IMG/VR virus record: IMGVR_UViG_3300003477_000057
Direction: 5' to 3' (one strand)
DNA from: a virus
DNA: 5,366 nt
Numbering within the stretch: position 1 is the first letter of the stretch; each line of letters opens with the position of its first letter. Below the pieces are notes generated by a model. That model searched no databases and was not told the DNA's origin. It worked only from the letters and a program-made list of their open reading frames with translations. The position numbers and the translations under genes were made by a program. Below are positions 3,527 to 5,366 of this stretch, one piece after another.

Positions 3527-5366
3527 AAACAGAATTAGGCGGAGATAGATTAGGCTCTGGAAATAAGCAAGAAATTAGCTTAAGAAATTATGAAAGATCT
3601 ACACATGATTTAGGTTATATTTGGAGGTCATCGATGGCAAGTGGTACGCTTGTACCCTTTATGTCGGAGGTGGGATTACCAGGAGATAGCTTTGATATTG
3701 ATTTAGATTGTGATGTAAAGACATTACCAACAGTAGGACCATTATTTGGAAGTTATAAGGTACAATTAGACGTATTTGAATGTCCAGTGAGATTATATAA
3801 TGGAAAATTACATATGAATATGTTAAATATTGGTATGGATATGTCGGAAGTGTTATTACCACAATTACAATTATTTGGATATTATGATGAAGACGAAGGA
3901 GATAACCAACAAATAAATTCAAGTAGTATATTAAGTTATTTAAACATAAGAGGATTAGGAAGAATATCGGGAGGATCTTCATATATAAAAAGAGAATTCA
4001 ACGCAGTACCCTATTTAAGTTATTGGGATATTTATAAAAACTATTACGCAAATAAACAAGAAGAAAGGGGATTTGTGGTACATAGTGGAAATGCAGATGT
4101 TAGCTTTGATATGAGTAAATGCTTTGTGACAGTAAATGGAAATACAGTAGTAACAAAAGAAATTGGAGCAACAGACCAAAGTGTAGATACAGACCCACAA
4201 GGAGCAACAGGACAAGTAATAACTACTATGGAAATTAGATTCGTATGGAATAATAATGATACAGTAGCTTATGGAAGTCCAGATGTAAGTGGATTTGAAG
4301 TAGATATTGATGGAAGTAACTTCTTATTAAGTGAATTATTTGGAGTAATAAATGTACCAACAGTACCAGAAGGTGGATTAGATGGTGGATATTTAAGTGT
4401 ACAATGTTCAGATTATCTAGGAGCATTAGGAGTAGCAGATTGGGACGCAAGTCAGAATTCAAGTGTACCAAATACTGATGGAAGTGTATATGTGGGACAA
4501 CCAGTATTACAAGAATTTCCATTAGAAAATATAGATGATATGAGAATGGATATATTAGAAGCGGTAAGAAATACAACTCCATTCATAGTTAATTATTCAA
4601 GTCCAGCACCATATAATTATGTATTAAGTCAAACAGGAGATTTACCTGGTGGAAGTGCAGAGTTTTATAAAACAGCTAGTCAAGAAGGGTTAGGAATTAA
4701 AACATATCAATCAGACTTATTTAATAACTGGATATCGACAGAATGGATTGATGGAACGAATGGAGTAAATGAAGTGACTGCAGTAAGTACGGCGGGGAAT
4801 GAATTTACAATTGATGCATTAAACCTAGCGAATAAAGTATATAATATGTTAAATAGAATTGCTATAAGCGGTGGTTCATATGATGATTGGTTAGATGCAG
4901 TATATACACATGAAAGAAGTAAAAGTGTAGAAAATCCGATATATCATGGAAGTTTAATAAAAGAACTAGCGTTTGAAGAAGTAGTGTCACAGGCAGACGT
5001 TGAAGTTGCTAATGAAACGCAACCATTAGGAACGTTAGCAGGTCGAGGAAGATTAACAGGTAAAAACAAAGGTGGTAAAATTAAAATCAAAGTAAGTGAG
5101 CCTAGTTATATAATAGGGATAGTTAGTTTAACTCCAAGAATTGATTACTCTCAAGGTAATAAATGGGATACTAACCTAAAGACAATGAATGATTTGCATA
5201 AACCAGCGTTAGATGAAATTGGATTCCAAGATTTAGTAACTGACCAAATGGCATGGTTTGATAGTGTATGTGATTCTCAAGGAAATGTAACATATAGTAG
5301 CGCGGGAAAACAACCAGCATGGATTAATTACATGACAAATGTTAATCAAACAAGAGGAGATTTTGC
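3523..5366 (+). CDS. VP1: Major capsid protein VP1 (phiX174 F-like), N-terminal 614 codons; runs off the window end and continues at 2..310 for a total of 684 aa
   Basis: My manual translation found no stop from 3523 to 5366. F/VP1 family hallmarks are present: RSTHDLGY...GTLVPFMSEVGLPGDSFDIDL...FECPVRLYN, then AVPYLSYWDIYKNYYAN, TYQSDLFNNW, TIDALNLANKVYNMLNRIAISGGSYDDWL, PLGTLAGRG and EPSYIIGIVSLTPRIDYSQG. Confidence 0.95.
   Translation, partial: MKTELGGDRLGSGNKQEISLRNYERSTHDLGYIWRSSMASGTLVPFMSEVGLPGDSFDIDLDCDVKTLPTVGPLFGSYKVQLDVFECPVRLYNGKLHMNMLNIGMDMSEVLLPQLQLFGYYDEDEGDNQQINSSSILSYLNIRGLGRISGGSSYIKREFNAVPYLSYWDIYKNYYANKQEERGFVVHSGNADVSFDMSKCFVTVNGNTVVTKEIGATDQSVDTDPQGATGQVITTMEIRFVWNNNDTVAYGSPDVSGFEVDIDGSNFLLSELFGVINVPTVPEGGLDGGYLSVQCSDYLGALGVADWDASQNSSVPNTDGSVYVGQPVLQEFPLENIDDMRMDILEAVRNTTPFIVNYSSPAPYNYVLSQTGDLPGGSAEFYKTASQEGLGIKTYQSDLFNNWISTEWIDGTNGVNEVTAVSTAGNEFTIDALNLANKVYNMLNRIAISGGSYDDWLDAVYTHERSKSVENPIYHGSLIKELAFEEVVSQADVEVANETQPLGTLAGRGRLTGKNKGGKIKIKVSEPSYIIGIVSLTPRIDYSQGNKWDTNLKTMNDLHKPALDEIGFQDLVTDQMAWFDSVCDSQGNVTYSSAGKQPAWINYMTNVNQTRGDF
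5268..5366. repeat. Terminal redundancy, copy 2 (identical to 1-99)
   Basis: It shows 99/99 identity to the first 99 nt by direct comparison. Confidence 0.97.

Larger units (their letters stand above)
1..5267 (+). other. One full unit of a circular Microviridae (ssDNA phage) genome, 5,267 nt, permuted so that the capsid gene is split by the window ends
   Basis: Bases 1-99 match 5268-5366 exactly. The unit size falls in the Microviridae range. It carries the hallmark gene set on one strand: an F/VP1-type capsid protein, a VP2-type pilot protein and an HUH Rep with a YxxKY motif. Non-coding DNA totals only about 362 nt. Confidence 0.9.

Noticed and set aside
2964-4582. Minus-strand ORFs 2964..3278, 3659..3982, 4015..4215 and 4235..4582
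   Set aside because: The same reasoning applies. They are antisense to the small ORFs and to the capsid gene. Their sequences are repetitive and rich in L/I/H/Y/V, with no recognisable domain.

Overview
The window is one complete, circularly permuted genome of a small ssDNA phage of the family Microviridae. The unit length is 5,267 nt, and bases 1-99 are identical to 5268-5366, giving a 99-nt terminal redundancy. Joining the ends restores a single 684-aa major capsid protein ORF (3523..5366 continuing into 2..310). All convincing genes lie on the + strand and about 93% of the unit is coding. The order around the circle is capsid VP1, a 123-aa scaffold-like protein, the VP2 pilot/minor capsid protein (320 aa), the VP4 rolling-circle replication initiator (335 aa, GTG start), a 180-nt AT-rich non-coding region, two overlapping orphan ORFs (95 aa and about 98 aa), then back to VP1. 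I see no tRNA, rRNA, CRISPR array, transposase or integrase. The sequence is AT-rich and purine-rich on the coding strand by eye, though I did not compute this. The long capsid protein, the mostly Shine-Dalgarno-less A-rich leaders and a TAnnTTTG motif point tentatively to an Alpavirinae-like, Bacteroidetes-associated microvirus; this is inference and needs a database search. Items worth a second look are a capsid insertion of about 150 aa, phased TGTTA(G) repeats in the main non-coding region, the two orphan overlapping ORFs, two intergenic stem-loops, and the lack of a recognisable lysis gene. I found no evidence for a defence system or any other cellular system, because the window is simply a phage genome.
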